Source of the DNA: Trypanosoma brucei
Lineage: Eukaryota
NCBI GenBank assembly: GCA_000002445.1
Contig: CM000208.1
Location: 3,040,001 to 3,104,000, forward strand
Reading direction: 5' to 3'
DNA: 64,000 bases
Below, one piece after another: positions 20,801-31,621 of the stretch (the first letter of the stretch is position 1; the number at the start of each line of letters is the position of its first letter). A program made the translations under genes and the position numbers. Below the pieces are notes generated by a model that was not told the DNA's origin, did no database searches, and was given only the letters and a program-made list of their open reading frames with translations.

Positions 20801-23227
20801 TCAATAGCTTCTCCCAAATAAAACCCACTTCTGCGCCGGTTTATCACAAGATCTGCATATGCACTTCTTTCCTTCCACAGATTCGGGCTGTTCAAACGGT
20901 ATGCACAGAGCCTTCGCTCCCATACTCGGCGCACGGGCGTCCTCCCGCTCCTCTTGGGTCTGCAATGCCTTAGACTCCTCAGCGCTGTCCTTCTTCACCT
21001 GATCTTCGCACGATTCGGCGCCACACCACGGCGCGAGCACGAGCGATTTATTGTTAATTGCTGCAGTGAAGTCATCCCATCGCGTTATCTTCTTTCGGTT
21101 CTCCTCCGCCTCCTTCGATGCCCTCTGGAACATGATGTTGTGAATTTCGTTGAGCAAGTCAGACATTGTCTCAGCGATGCGACCGTCCCAGGGTACGCTG
21201 CGACGTTGACCGTCACAGCGCAATACCAACGATAACTGTTTCGTTTCCATTTCCTTCGGTCCAAGTTCCACACGGACAGGCACACCCTTAAGCTCCCAGT
21301 GGTTAAAGCGCCAGCCGGGACTGTAGTTGTTGCGCAGGTCAGCCTTCACCCGGATGCCAGCGGTGCGGAGCTCCCCTTCGAGTGCCTTACACCCGTCCAG
21401 AAGCACGTTGCGCTGTTCTTGTCGAGTGTCTTTGGTGATGCCAACGGGAATTATAACAACCTGCAAGCAGGCAACGCGTGGTGGCAATACTATGCCGCGG
21501 TCATCACCGTGCACCATAATGGTAACACCAATGACACGGGTGGACAAACCCCACGAATTTTGCCACGGAATCAGGGTTGAGTCATCATTTTTGTCTGGGT
21601 CCTGGAAACAAATGTTGAACATCTTTCCGAAGTTCTGACCCAAGTTGTGACTGGTGCCACCCTGGCAGCCACGACCGACAGCTGCAATGTATGTTTCCAC
21701 TGTTGTCGTGTAGTACCCCCCAGCAAACTTCTCCTTTTCCGTCTTTTTGCCCTTCACAACTGGTACGGCAAGTAGATCAGTGTAAACAGCCGCATAGTGA
21801 TCAAGAATTTCCAAAACTTCACGGGAGCATTCCTCTTCGGTCTGCCACGCGCAGTGACCCTCTTGCCAGAGGAACTCCCGCGTACGAATGAAAGGCATAG
21901 GGTGTGAAAATTCCCATCGCACAACACTGTTCCATGCATTCAAGCGAACTGGAAGGTCCCGGTGCGAACGGATCCACTTGGCGTAGTACGGGTACATAAC
22001 TGTCTCGCTTGTGGGACGAATCGCGACGGGAACTTCGAGGTCGGATTCGCCTGCTTTGGTTACCCATGCCACCTCCGGGGCGAAGCCTTCAATGTGATCT
22101 TTTTCCCGCTCCAAGCACGTCTTGGACACGAACATAGGGAAATAGCAGTCCTCAACACCCATCGCCTCAATGCGGCTGCCAAAGAACTTTTGGACGCTTT
22201 TCCAAATAAAGAAGGACCAAGGACGCATTATGTAACAACCGGAGACGTCATAATACTCAATCATTTCCGCCTTCGTAATAACCTCCGTGTACCATTGAGA
22301 GAAGTTATCGCGTCGACTCGCCATGATTCCCAGTTTGGTTTCGCCCTTGGTGTCTCCCTTGGCTTCGCCTACCGAGGGCCCGGGCGCCACCTTTGTTTTT
22401 TTTGCATCAGTAGTGGCGGGCGCGGTGGTCGCCTTCTCTGAAAAGTCGACAACAATATATGGAAAATCAATTTTCTGCAAGAAATCCTGGAGCTGCGTCG
22501 GTGTTATTAAAGTACTCTTGTCGTTACGACATGGATGAAAAACAACTGGAAGGGTGCTGTCGACCAACGCCTTGTCCAGGGCGACTTTTACGTCCTTCGC
22601 GCCATTATTAACCAATGCAAAGGGTGTCACGCTACCCTGCACAACACCCAACTTTTCAAGTAAAAGGTCTTCCGACGCAAAGCGGAGGTCCTTCGTTTTC
22701 ATGGCGTTCTGTACCGTTTTCATGTTAGTTTTGGTTGTATGTAATGCTGAAACGAGAACCAATTCACCCTTTGAACTCTTGAGAAACAAGTTCTTGGTGC
22801 CAATGCAAGGGACCTCAAATCGACCTAGTTCCTTGTTCGCCTCTTCCACCGTGTGCTTCTCTTCATGAGAAATAGTTGGAAGACTTAAACCCAAGCTCTG
22901 CAGCACTTGCAAGAGCTCCGCCTCGCCTCGACAATTACTTGCTGACATTGTTCTGGGTGCTTTTGTGCTCTGCTCTGTTGTGGTGGTAAAGGGGGAGTTT
23001 ACACTAGGGCGCAAATTTGAACATAATGGTCCATGCACTTCACTGCGATGTCGTTGAGAGTAGCACCGCGCTGAATAACAGGCAGCAGCAGCATGACTGT
23101 TAATAACTCTCCGTGTCACTGCGGAGAACAGCAGGCCCCGCCGCTGCCTCTGGCGCAAGGCGGCGCAACTCCAACAGCGCGACAGGAGAGGACTAAGGTT
23201 ATTGCGGATACATGTTGCCATCAGCAT
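20801..23227 (-). CDS. Prolyl-tRNA synthetase (eukaryote/archaeal-type class II) with an N-terminal YbaK/ProX-like editing domain and a presequence-like N-terminus
   Basis: The track start at 23254 is TTG directly after a stop. The first ATG is at 23227 (MLMATCIRNNLSPLLSRCWSCAALRQRQRRG...), which is Arg/Ser-rich like a mitochondrial targeting signal. A YbaK-like domain follows (GTKNLFLKSSKGELVLVSALHTTKTN...). The ProRS core carries class II motifs (RRDNFSQWYTEVITKAEMIEYYDVSGCYIMRPW, FRTREFLWQEGHCAW, GGYYTTTVE...GRGCQGGTSHNLGQNF), an anticodon-binding domain, and a C-terminal zinc-binding domain characteristic of ProRS. Confidence 0.9.
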   Translation of the reverse strand: MLMATCIRNNLSPLLSRCWSCAALRQRQRRGLLFSAVTRRVINSHAAAACYSARCYSQRHRSEVHGPLCSNLRPSVNSPFTTTTEQSTKAPRTMSASNCRGEAELLQVLQSLGLSLPTISHEEKHTVEEANKELGRFEVPCIGTKNLFLKSSKGELVLVSALHTTKTNMKTVQNAMKTKDLRFASEDLLLEKLGVVQGSVTPFALVNNGAKDVKVALDKALVDSTLPVVFHPCRNDKSTLITPTQLQDFLQKIDFPYIVVDFSEKATTAPATTDAKKTKVAPGPSVGEAKGDTKGETKLGIMASRRDNFSQWYTEVITKAEMIEYYDVSGCYIMRPWSFFIWKSVQKFFGSRIEAMGVEDCYFPMFVSKTCLEREKDHIEGFAPEVAWVTKAGESDLEVPVAIRPTSETVMYPYYAKWIRSHRDLPVRLNAWNSVVRWEFSHPMPFIRTREFLWQEGHCAWQTEEECSREVLEILDHYAAVYTDLLAVPVVKGKKTEKEKFAGGYYTTTVETYIAAVGRGCQGGTSHNLGQNFGKMFNICFQDPDKNDDSTLIPWQNSWGLSTRVIGVTIMVHGDDRGIVLPPRVACLQVVIIPVGITKDTRQEQRNVLLDGCKALEGELRTAGIRVKADLRNNYSPGWRFNHWELKGVPVRVELGPKEMETKQLSLVLRCDGQRRSVPWDGRIAETMSDLLNEIHNIMFQRASKEAEENRKKITRWDDFTAAINNKSLVLAPWCGAESCEDQVKKDSAEESKALQTQEEREDARAPSMGAKALCIPFEQPESVEGKKCICRSCDKPAQKWVLFGRSY

Positions 23228-23511
23228 TGAAGCTTTTGGAGTGAACAGCACCAATCATGGTGGAAAAAGTGAAAAGGTATACGATGCACGACGAGGAAGA
23301 AAAAAAAGTACCTTCAATCACAACCTTCTTCCCCGCAGCGCATATAAAATGCGTCACGAGATTATGACGATAACGAAAAACAATAGTGCAACATGTTCAA
23401 TAGCAGATACAAAGCGAAGTGAGTAAGGGAACTGCTCAACTAACCTAGCTCCGAAAGACACAAACTGTTATCACGCCTTACTAATTCCTTCCTCACTCCG
23501 TCCAATGTGCG

Positions 23512-23982
23512 CTAGTGTACCAATGAGAACCTCATGTCTGGACTCATATGTCGCAACTCATCCAATTTATTCTTTCCGTAATTCATTTGCCACTCAATAC
23601 GAGTAATATACTTCCGCGATATGTTTGCACTCTTGTCAAATTCGGACCGTATGAATCGGCGAAGATTAGCCTGCGTTCGAAGATCCCTCATTCGTCTGGT
23701 TTCCTTGAGTAGATCACGGTAGAGTTGAAGTATTTCCCTTTGCACACCGCTAAGCCGAGGTCCCCGTGGTAATTGATGCTGCATTTCCGCAGGAGACGTT
23801 GGAGAAGCTGTGGACGCAGCGGCTGCAGAATGTCCAGGGGTCACAGAATTTCCAGAGTGTGATAAATTGTTTCCATACACTGCGTCTCTGTAAACCTTTG
23901 TCAAGGCATCAAAGGCAAAGTTGTGTGCGGTCCCTCCGCGATCGTTCACTCTGTGTCTGAGCCACTGTGAACAGTGCAGCAT
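23512..23982 (-). CDS. LYR-motif (Complex1_LYR family) protein, probably mitochondrial
   Basis: The track ORF runs up to 24117. The segment upstream of M46 is a translated polypyrimidine tract, so I moved the start to ATG 23982 (MLHCSQWLRHRV...). The C-terminal 90 aa carry the LYR signature (EILQLYRDLLKETRRMRD...RRFIRSEFDK...ITRIEWQMNYGKNKLDEL). A later start at MQHQLPRG... (89 aa) is also possible. Confidence 0.5.
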   Translation of the reverse strand: MLHCSQWLRHRVNDRGGTAHNFAFDALTKVYRDAVYGNNLSHSGNSVTPGHSAAAASTASPTSPAEMQHQLPRGPRLSGVQREILQLYRDLLKETRRMRDLRTQANLRRFIRSEFDKSANISRKYITRIEWQMNYGKNKLDELRHMSPDMRFSLVH

Positions 23983-24001
23983 CCTCCCAAGACTGACCAA
24001 C

Positions 24002-24040
24002 TTTGTGAAAACACGAGGGTAAAAAATGGTAGGGACAAAT
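24002..24040 (-). promoter_or_regulatory. Polypyrimidine tract and AG trans-splice acceptor candidate for the LYR gene
   Basis: The minus strand reads catttgtccctaccattttttaccctcgtgttttc. An AG follows (plus 24001-24000), about 17 nt upstream of the ATG at 23982. Confidence 0.35.
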
Positions 24041-24215
24041 GAATCAGAAACCCGGAGCACAACCAAACTTGTGCACTCACAGATGCACAATAACAACCAA
24101 AACCACGAAGATACCAATGGGATAATAAGCTTGCAAACGACCCCTACGCCTTTTCCCCTAAATGTGTTTCATCCGCTTCACCCCCACGTACACCCTTTTC
24201 ACATGGCAACGCGTT

Positions 24216-27032
24216 TCAATCAAGGAAATCGTAGACTTCATTGTCAAGGAAGCCCTCCATGTTATCTGGCACATTTCTGTCAGAGTTTTTCACGCGGTCC
24301 TTACTTTGAGTCCACGGGTTGGTGACAAGAATGCCTGGGCACAGGAGCAACTCCGATGTGTGCTCCATATCCCGGAAAAACGCCACTTCCTCTTGTACAC
24401 CAACCAGGCGGAGAGGCATTTTACTGTTCTTTCCGCGGACTAAGGTCCCCACCGCTGCATCAAACGATGCCGCAGCAGCTGCGGATTGGCCGCTTTCATC
24501 ATAAAAGCGGAGCGGATGCCTGCTCTTTGCGACCGTCGACCACGGAAGGAGGTATCCAACAAAACGTGATGCCGTGTCGCCTGTGGGATTCACTATAGCG
24601 CAGGCCTCTCGCACAGACCCAGTGGTCCCAAGCCACAACCACTTTCTGCTAGAGTCACGTGTGGGCGAAAGCTCGTCCAGGAGGTCCCAGCGCGACGCAT
24701 CGCCGCTGAAGCTACGGTGTGCGGGAGGGTAAACAACATGCCTTTTCCACAACTCCGAGTCGCCACTGCCACCCGTTTGTAGTGACAAGTTCTGACCGTC
24801 GCACCCGAGAGGGTAAGACCAACCAAATGCACTAAACTCCGTACAAGTGGGGTCTGGAACCAGCATATCCAACAACGAACGGAGCACCATACAGTTAGTA
24901 GGAGCCTGCCAATGCGCTTCCTGTTCTCTGCCCCCGGGGTCACAACACGAGCAGTATTCGTGGTGCAACAACAACATTGTCCACAGAAGTCGATGGCGCA
25001 TCATCCGTTGTATGTCAAACTTCCCGGATTCGGTGCCCTCCCTTCCGCTTTGATTATGGTTCGTCAAGCTACTCCCTCCAACTTTTGTTCTCTCCCAAAC
25101 ACCGAAGAAGGCGTTTGCCGCTGTATTCGAGTAGGCTCTTCCTTTCAACCAGTTCACGCACTGCTGTGAGTGGAGCACAAGGGCCTGTATTGCTACGAGG
25201 CGCAGTCCTTCCACCACCGCTATAACATCCTGCTGGAAGGGATGCTGAAGGACGTGTCGTGCAGTGAAAAGCGGCGAGTGGCCTCCCGCGTGGTGTTCAA
25301 TATCGGATATGGCTGCGGTAATTTCGCCATTGTCACCGAGTGACCTCCACACACTGGAGTGAGATGAGCACTCATCAAGTGCATTGTAATAGCGTAGCAG
25401 TGATGTCTCAAGAACACGGAAGGCAACGTTACGAAGCAAGGTGGCAACGTCATTGCGAGAAGCAACCGTGCCTCCCGCAAGAAGCACAGATCCTTCACAA
25501 CCTTCTTCCATTAGGCTTGCTTTCTTTTCCACCATCACGGCCCTTACGAGGTGGCGCGCCGCTCGGTAAAAAAAGTGAAGCACTTGAAGTTGCTGCTGTG
25601 GGGTCTCTCCTGGGAAGCATACGTAATCACCAACCGATCCGCGTGACGGGCGCTGGCCTTTCTGCATCTTTTCTTTAATGTCGGACAGGAGCCGCTCGCA
25701 AAGGTCCTTGAGAGCATGAACACGTGGTTTATGGGGAAGTAGCGCGTAGTGGTGTTCCGCAGACTGTCCCTGTAGCCTTTGTAGCTCACTGATGGCGTTG
25801 TAAATAATTGTTTGAATGCTCCCAAACGAAAGGGGGAGTAGCGTCCCGATACCGGTATCAAGCACTTGGCTGACAAATTCGGCCAGCGGTACGATACATC
25901 GGAGGATTACAGACGGCTCGTCCAGCTTTAATTTCACTTCGACAGGCACCACGGGCGCTGAAGTCATATCTCTTTCCTCATTGCTCCCAACTCCCACTCG
26001 TGAATCAACTGACAACCGCAACAACACGCGTCGCAGCTTATCATCATCCCCAACGAAAACACTCAAAGAAGGACTGTTAGTTGCCGGACCACCAGTGCTC
26101 CGGGGTGAGGTATCAAACCAGTCGTTGTAGAACCGCGCGTAAGCAGTGCGAACGCTGCCGTGAATAAGCAACGGCGCCTCGCCCCTCCAGAAAAAACATT
26201 TTTCCAGAGAATCAGTTACAGGATTTATCGATGCGGAACAACAGCTCCTCGATTGCCCTGTTTCCGCTGGGTGGCGTTGGCCCCATAAACCAAAAAGCGC
26301 CACCATCTTGCATATGACATCGTTAACTTCTTGTTTAACCGCTTCGTCACTGATATGGAGGGACTGACGGGCGAAATTGTGCAGCAAAAACTCCAGAGAC
26401 GGCCACTCGTGGCGGGACATATCCTCCAAACTCATCTCACTGAGGTTGTTGACGTAGAGCGCCACGTGTCCAACAACTATCTGCATTGGCATATTGGCAA
26501 CACTGAGTAGCCATTCCACTATCACAGGCAGCAGCGGTCGCACCGCCGAGTGCGTCGCAACAAGGGGAATTAGAGGAGTTAGTAAACGTTCTGTTAATAG
26601 AATTATCGAACCCCCTGAGTGTCCGCATCGTATTGCCCACCCACATCCCTCCGGCCCGACCGCATATCCCAAACGCTTCGTCACTTCCACCGCCAGGAGC
26701 GGGTGGAGTTCACCACTATGACTACGGTCCAGAAACAATGTCAGTAACGCATCGACGCGACCTGGCGATTCCCACCAGCGGACCGATACCTTTTGTTGCT
26801 CACGAAGAAAACGACGCACGGCAACAGAAGTTGAATTCAAAACTACTGAAGTTTCCCCTTTTGAGCTCGTATTTGTGCTCCCTAAACGGTGACCGTTCCC
26901 TTGAGTTACCCCACCTTTTGATGGGCCGCAATGGTATCGAGTGGCGGTACCACGAGGACATACAACCGCAAAGCGAGGCACCACCCGTCGTGCTACCGGG
27001 GGGAACATGATCAGCTTTCCCCAAAACACCAT
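24216..27032 (-). CDS. Conserved hypothetical protein (938 aa) with no recognisable domain; the N-terminus resembles a mitochondrial presequence
   Basis: A long uninterrupted ORF with an ATG start that I verified (MVFWGKLIMFPPVARRVVPRFAVVCPRG...). It sits in the same orientation and spacing as its neighbours. Codon usage looks coding-like. Confidence 0.6.
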   Translation of the reverse strand: MVFWGKLIMFPPVARRVVPRFAVVCPRGTATRYHCGPSKGGVTQGNGHRLGSTNTSSKGETSVVLNSTSVAVRRFLREQQKVSVRWWESPGRVDALLTLFLDRSHSGELHPLLAVEVTKRLGYAVGPEGCGWAIRCGHSGGSIILLTERLLTPLIPLVATHSAVRPLLPVIVEWLLSVANMPMQIVVGHVALYVNNLSEMSLEDMSRHEWPSLEFLLHNFARQSLHISDEAVKQEVNDVICKMVALFGLWGQRHPAETGQSRSCCSASINPVTDSLEKCFFWRGEAPLLIHGSVRTAYARFYNDWFDTSPRSTGGPATNSPSLSVFVGDDDKLRRVLLRLSVDSRVGVGSNEERDMTSAPVVPVEVKLKLDEPSVILRCIVPLAEFVSQVLDTGIGTLLPLSFGSIQTIIYNAISELQRLQGQSAEHHYALLPHKPRVHALKDLCERLLSDIKEKMQKGQRPSRGSVGDYVCFPGETPQQQLQVLHFFYRAARHLVRAVMVEKKASLMEEGCEGSVLLAGGTVASRNDVATLLRNVAFRVLETSLLRYYNALDECSSHSSVWRSLGDNGEITAAISDIEHHAGGHSPLFTARHVLQHPFQQDVIAVVEGLRLVAIQALVLHSQQCVNWLKGRAYSNTAANAFFGVWERTKVGGSSLTNHNQSGREGTESGKFDIQRMMRHRLLWTMLLLHHEYCSCCDPGGREQEAHWQAPTNCMVLRSLLDMLVPDPTCTEFSAFGWSYPLGCDGQNLSLQTGGSGDSELWKRHVVYPPAHRSFSGDASRWDLLDELSPTRDSSRKWLWLGTTGSVREACAIVNPTGDTASRFVGYLLPWSTVAKSRHPLRFYDESGQSAAAAASFDAAVGTLVRGKNSKMPLRLVGVQEEVAFFRDMEHTSELLLCPGILVTNPWTQSKDRVKNSDRNVPDNMEGFLDNEVYDFLD

Positions 27033-27728
27033 CGTTTAACAGCAGTGGCGGTACGAGGGTATAATTACGATGCAAACAAAGACAAAACAGTGCAAAAGTT
27101 AGATGTTTAAGCCGGTCCACAGTAACCCTTCTACACAGAAATACGAAGGATGAAAACTAAATGTAACGAAGGACAGTGCGGTGCCTCTTACCCAGTAACA
27201 CTTGGTTTAAGGATTTTCACTGCAAGTACCAACCGACTCCGAACTCTCCAGAGCCAGCGGTAACGACAACAACTTGCTTTCGTAAACAAACATCTCGCTT
27301 CATTGCAACGTCAAAGAGAATTTAAAATCATTTGTTGTGGGAAGTGGCAATAAGAGCGGTGGTAACGAACACTTACATACGGAGGAGGAGTAACAGTTGG
27401 TAACGACATCATGAAGAGAAAACCATGATAATAATGACAAAAGCAACGAACCTGCTGATCTAATGTGAATAGGGACCCTTGTAAACGAATGCACGATTGT
27501 TAGTAACAAAATTTTTGTTGGCACCTCCGTTAAAAACTTTTATTACTTACACCACACGCTTGTTAGCATCAATAGATAGCCCCTGTCATCCAACCGCCAA
27601 GTACTAAAAAATGTAAAAATAAAAAATGAAAACCACAATTTATTCCTTATTGTCGTGAAAGTCTAAATCAAAATAACAAACCACATCATTGGTTTGGCCA
27701 CAGACGCGCGGCATCTGTTCTGCCGTAT

Positions 27729-30700
27729 CTATCTTCGGCATAGACGCACTGACGCCCACCTCCCCGCGAGGTTGGGGTCGTTTTGCGAAAGGGGAAACAA
27801 TCTGGGGGAATTGCTATTAGTTGCATTGCATGATTGGATATACAGTGAGTCACATCGGCCTGGGGAAGACACGGACCTTCGTTGGGTCAACTCGCCTGTA
27901 ACCACCTGCTGCCTACCCAACGGAGCCACAACGTCAATACCCAGCTGCGATCTAGCAGCGGTAAACCCATCGGCAGATGCGTCCCTATCAGATTCTGTCG
28001 ATCTTCGGCCCGCGAAATCTTCAAAAACGAAGGGTGGTAACGTCATTCTGCCGCTAAGTGGTGATGGCGGCAGACTCCGTGGTGTTTCCCTGGGGTACGC
28101 CACCCCACCACCAGGCTTTGGACTGGGCATGGGTGTCCATTTCGACTGCCCCTGCGAGTGTATGAACAAGCCGGGTATGCGGTTCTTCGCACCGCTCTTA
28201 ACTGCAGACACGCTTAAAGGTTGAATTGGGAAGCCGTGGCCTACCTGTTGCATTGGTTGATTTTCCTTTTGTTCTTCAAAAGGTCCCTTGGGCATCCGGC
28301 TATGCTGTATCCGAACTACGGCGGGACTTCCCTTATTTTCCACCACGTTCATCGACTGCTGTTGGAATAACCACCTGATTGCTTCAGTAAGCATCAAACG
28401 CAACGTATGACTAAATTCGTCCAGCTGTTGTTCCAGATGCTTCTGTAGGTGCGCCAAACCGCCGTCATACAATGAATGCAAGACTGGCACACGGTTTCTC
28501 ACACCCAAAAACTCTGAATCGACTGAAAGTTGTGCTTCAGTATCATTTCGATGCGATGGACAGACATTCTCCTCTACATTGTTAGTTATCTCTTCTTTCG
28601 CAGCACAACCTGTCACACATGTATTCCTCTGCGGCTCTACACTCTTTGGCTGCAGATGCGGCCGCTGTGCCAACTGGCACTCTTCCCTCTCGCATACATC
28701 ATACGCTACGGGAGTCGCTTTCATCTCTACACGCAGCGTCGAGCGGTGGGTGTATAAGTTCCTCATCCGCTTCTCCAATTGAGCTACACACTCTCCGGCG
28801 CAATGTAAAAGTTCGGCAGTACTTTCACAACCTTTCAACGTTGTTGTTGAGGCATCAGAACCCCCTCTAAAAACTACAGGGGTACCACACTCCTCAGATA
28901 GCATCACAATCTCTGAGGATTTGAGCGCTTCCAAAGATTCAACGAGTGCCATTAGTTTCGGGTGGTCAGACACTGATGTTACACCCTTGTTGCACACACC
29001 CATATTCACTCGCCTCAGCACGTGTGAAAGTTGGTCCGCAACCCACTTTCTCCGAGACTCACCACACTGTAATGCAGCAACCACATGGAGTAACTGAGTT
29101 TCAATGTCCTGAGTTTGAGATACACTCATACTCAACGGGTCGTCACCGTCATCAAGGCCAACAGCATCTGTGAAGCAACCGCCGTTTGAGTCTATGTTGC
29201 TCTCACATCCCCTTAACTCCGCTTTAAGTTCACTTATTCTCTGCTGCAATCGCTTGTTTTCTTCAACCCTCCTTTGGTCGAGCTCCCTTAGTCTTTTCAC
29301 CTGAGCCTCACTTTCCAAAAGGGCAGTTTTAACTGCATTGCACCTTGATATCACCGCTTTAAACTCCAATTCCCTCTCTTCAATGCGCTGCATCGTGCGC
29401 ATCGCGGTGAGTCGGGCTTGACGCAGTGCTGTCGCCAGGAGTTCTTGCTTTAATCTGACTACCTTTTCCCTCGCGAGCCACTCGTCCATCTCCCCAACCA
29501 ACTTTGCTTCAGCGCCTTCAGTGGAAATAGCCCAACTACATGGATGGGGTGCGACCGCACCCGGGGCACAACAGAACGGTAAGGCGGTAGGTCGCTGCAC
29601 GCTGCATTCGTCGCTCGCCACACCCGAAGGCTGTTCATCTGTTCCGCTTGTTCTCACATCGGCACCCTGCTCATATCCATAAGCAGCTGTCTCCCCCTTT
29701 GTGATCCCTCCTTCTCCATCCAAATCCTCCTTTACCTGCTGTCCCCAGTTGACGTTGGGCACGGCGGAGGTCGACACACCAGACGTCGGCGGAAACGGTT
29801 GTATGTCGTCTACATCCGCTGGTGACAGCACGTGCTGTCGCTGCGCCGACATGGTATTATGGTATTCCCAGAGACACCGAATTGCCACAGCGAGCTGATG
29901 CTCTGCAAACAAACAACGACGCTTCCAGTCGGCAGTGCCATTTCCCTCCACGTTGACCCCTCCTTGACCCACAGCCATAATAGAAGAACCAGAAAAATCC
30001 AAAGCACCTCCAAATCTCTGTGAGCCCTCCTCCCACATATAGCGGCAACCACTAGGCGAGCTCGCTTGGACTGGGGTGATTGCGCTGGTGTGGTGCCCTC
30101 GACGACGCCGCTTGGCGTTCCTTCCGCCCGTCAGCATGAATGAGAGTGGAGGCCGATGCCCATCATTCGCAATTTCCGTGATCGTCTCTGACGTTGCGTA
30201 GACCCCCTTCACAGGTGAAAGAGACCGCAATTTCTCCTGAGTAGGGTCGTTATGACTTGTATCAGCATTCACTGGGCACCCGCGAACGAGGAGCGTTTCA
30301 AAATGTGCGGGGTGCTCTTCCACACTACCAGAGGTGAAAACGGCACTTTGGGAATAAGCCGTCTCGGTCAGTAACTTTGACCGCAATGCTTCATCATCGT
30401 CTCCTGCGCCTCCCCCGCAATACAAGTTTCCTGAGTTCCGCTCCTCCACCAAAGCGTCCCGTCTGTGTGGTTCTATATGAGCGCTCCCTTCACGAACTGC
30501 GCATACCTCTTCCCCATTCCTGTTAACCATTAGTAAGTCAAAGGTCGGGATGCAGTGGGACGTCAGTCTTCCCTCAACGGACACCTCGCGGGGGGTGAGA
30601 ACAATGCTAGGAGTCCGCGGGGAGCAGCTGAACATGGGAGACATCCCTGGTCCCGCCACATCTTCCAGCACATCGGGAAGGCTCGAGTCTGTCACAGAGA

Positions 30701-30836
30701 TGGCATCACATCGACCGCGCGCAGGCAACTCAGGGGATGCCTGAGACGAAGAAGGGGAGCTGCTGCTGGTTGAAGCAGCAATATTGGAAGTTATTTCGGG
30801 GGCCACCGACACGACTTCTTGGTTGTCGCAGTTCAT
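27729..30836 (-). CDS. Conserved hypothetical protein (1035 aa) with a central coiled-coil segment and low-complexity Ser-rich termini
   Basis: An ATG start that I verified (MNCDNQEVVSV...). A heptad-rich block lies mid-protein (EMDEWLAREKVVRLKQELLATALRQARLTAMRTMQRIEERELEFKAVIS...QVKRLRELDQRRVEENKRLQQRISELKAELR). The flanks are S/P/G-rich. Confidence 0.6.
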   Translation of the reverse strand: MNCDNQEVVSVAPEITSNIAASTSSSSPSSSQASPELPARGRCDAISVTDSSLPDVLEDVAGPGMSPMFSCSPRTPSIVLTPREVSVEGRLTSHCIPTFDLLMVNRNGEEVCAVREGSAHIEPHRRDALVEERNSGNLYCGGGAGDDDEALRSKLLTETAYSQSAVFTSGSVEEHPAHFETLLVRGCPVNADTSHNDPTQEKLRSLSPVKGVYATSETITEIANDGHRPPLSFMLTGGRNAKRRRRGHHTSAITPVQASSPSGCRYMWEEGSQRFGGALDFSGSSIMAVGQGGVNVEGNGTADWKRRCLFAEHQLAVAIRCLWEYHNTMSAQRQHVLSPADVDDIQPFPPTSGVSTSAVPNVNWGQQVKEDLDGEGGITKGETAAYGYEQGADVRTSGTDEQPSGVASDECSVQRPTALPFCCAPGAVAPHPCSWAISTEGAEAKLVGEMDEWLAREKVVRLKQELLATALRQARLTAMRTMQRIEERELEFKAVISRCNAVKTALLESEAQVKRLRELDQRRVEENKRLQQRISELKAELRGCESNIDSNGGCFTDAVGLDDGDDPLSMSVSQTQDIETQLLHVVAALQCGESRRKWVADQLSHVLRRVNMGVCNKGVTSVSDHPKLMALVESLEALKSSEIVMLSEECGTPVVFRGGSDASTTTLKGCESTAELLHCAGECVAQLEKRMRNLYTHRSTLRVEMKATPVAYDVCEREECQLAQRPHLQPKSVEPQRNTCVTGCAAKEEITNNVEENVCPSHRNDTEAQLSVDSEFLGVRNRVPVLHSLYDGGLAHLQKHLEQQLDEFSHTLRLMLTEAIRWLFQQQSMNVVENKGSPAVVRIQHSRMPKGPFEEQKENQPMQQVGHGFPIQPLSVSAVKSGAKNRIPGLFIHSQGQSKWTPMPSPKPGGGVAYPRETPRSLPPSPLSGRMTLPPFVFEDFAGRRSTESDRDASADGFTAARSQLGIDVVAPLGRQQVVTGELTQRRSVSSPGRCDSLYIQSCNATNSNSPRLFPLSQNDPNLAGRWASVRLCRR

Positions 30837-31621
30837 TTATTAATGCAGAAGCGGGCAGTACAAGGCTCTATCAATGGAGAAGATGAGATCTATTAGTGAA
30901 AAAAAACTAGATGACCCTATATATATATACTCTATTAAAATAAAAGGGACCACCCTCGGATTACCTGGAATTTCTCACTGTGTAAGAACTCGAAACAAAA
31001 AGGGCGTGAGTGCTCCAAACCGCTACCCTCTTCACAATCTAATTCTACCACCCCCGTTGGTGCTAACAAACTGAGCCCTTGTGGAGTAGAGCAGAACGAA
31101 AAGAAAGTGGGGAAAAAGATGTTTGGAACAATCGTAGGAGTAACCTTTGTTACACTCAGGAAGAATGGGGAGATCCAACGAAGTAGGACCTTTGCTTGCA
31201 CTTTCTCCGATAGCGCATCTCTCCTTTCGTTACTCACGCTCCCTATTTTATCTCCTTCCTCAGCGATCGTTTTTCTTCAGGTGGCCATCAAAACAGAATG
31301 CACACTGCGCTAGGGTCTGGGAACCGTGGTCCAATAACCGTAACACCCACACTCGCTCCACGCGGCAACCGAACAAGGTCCGCGGTGGGGATAATTACCA
31401 TCTTACGGGTGGTAGTAGCAACACTTCCCACTTTATTACTTCTAATAGAGACTATGGGATAACCCCACCGAAGCCGATCCCTACGTAAGCATAACTATAC
31501 AACAGAGAACCCCCTCTCGACCGCCCACACGTTGCAACAGCCATTCAAGAATGGCTCTGTAACCTGGTGCACGCGTGACCCCCCCCCCCACGTGAGTTCA
31601 CTTCTCGCCCACCGCTGTCTT

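Noticed and set aside
23766-23960. A 64-aa plus-strand ORF and the long N-terminal part of the 201-aa LYR ORF
   Set aside because: The plus-strand ORF is antisense. The N-terminal 45 codons of the minus-strand ORF are the polypyrimidine tract and spacer read in frame (MVSSWFWLLLCICECTS...).
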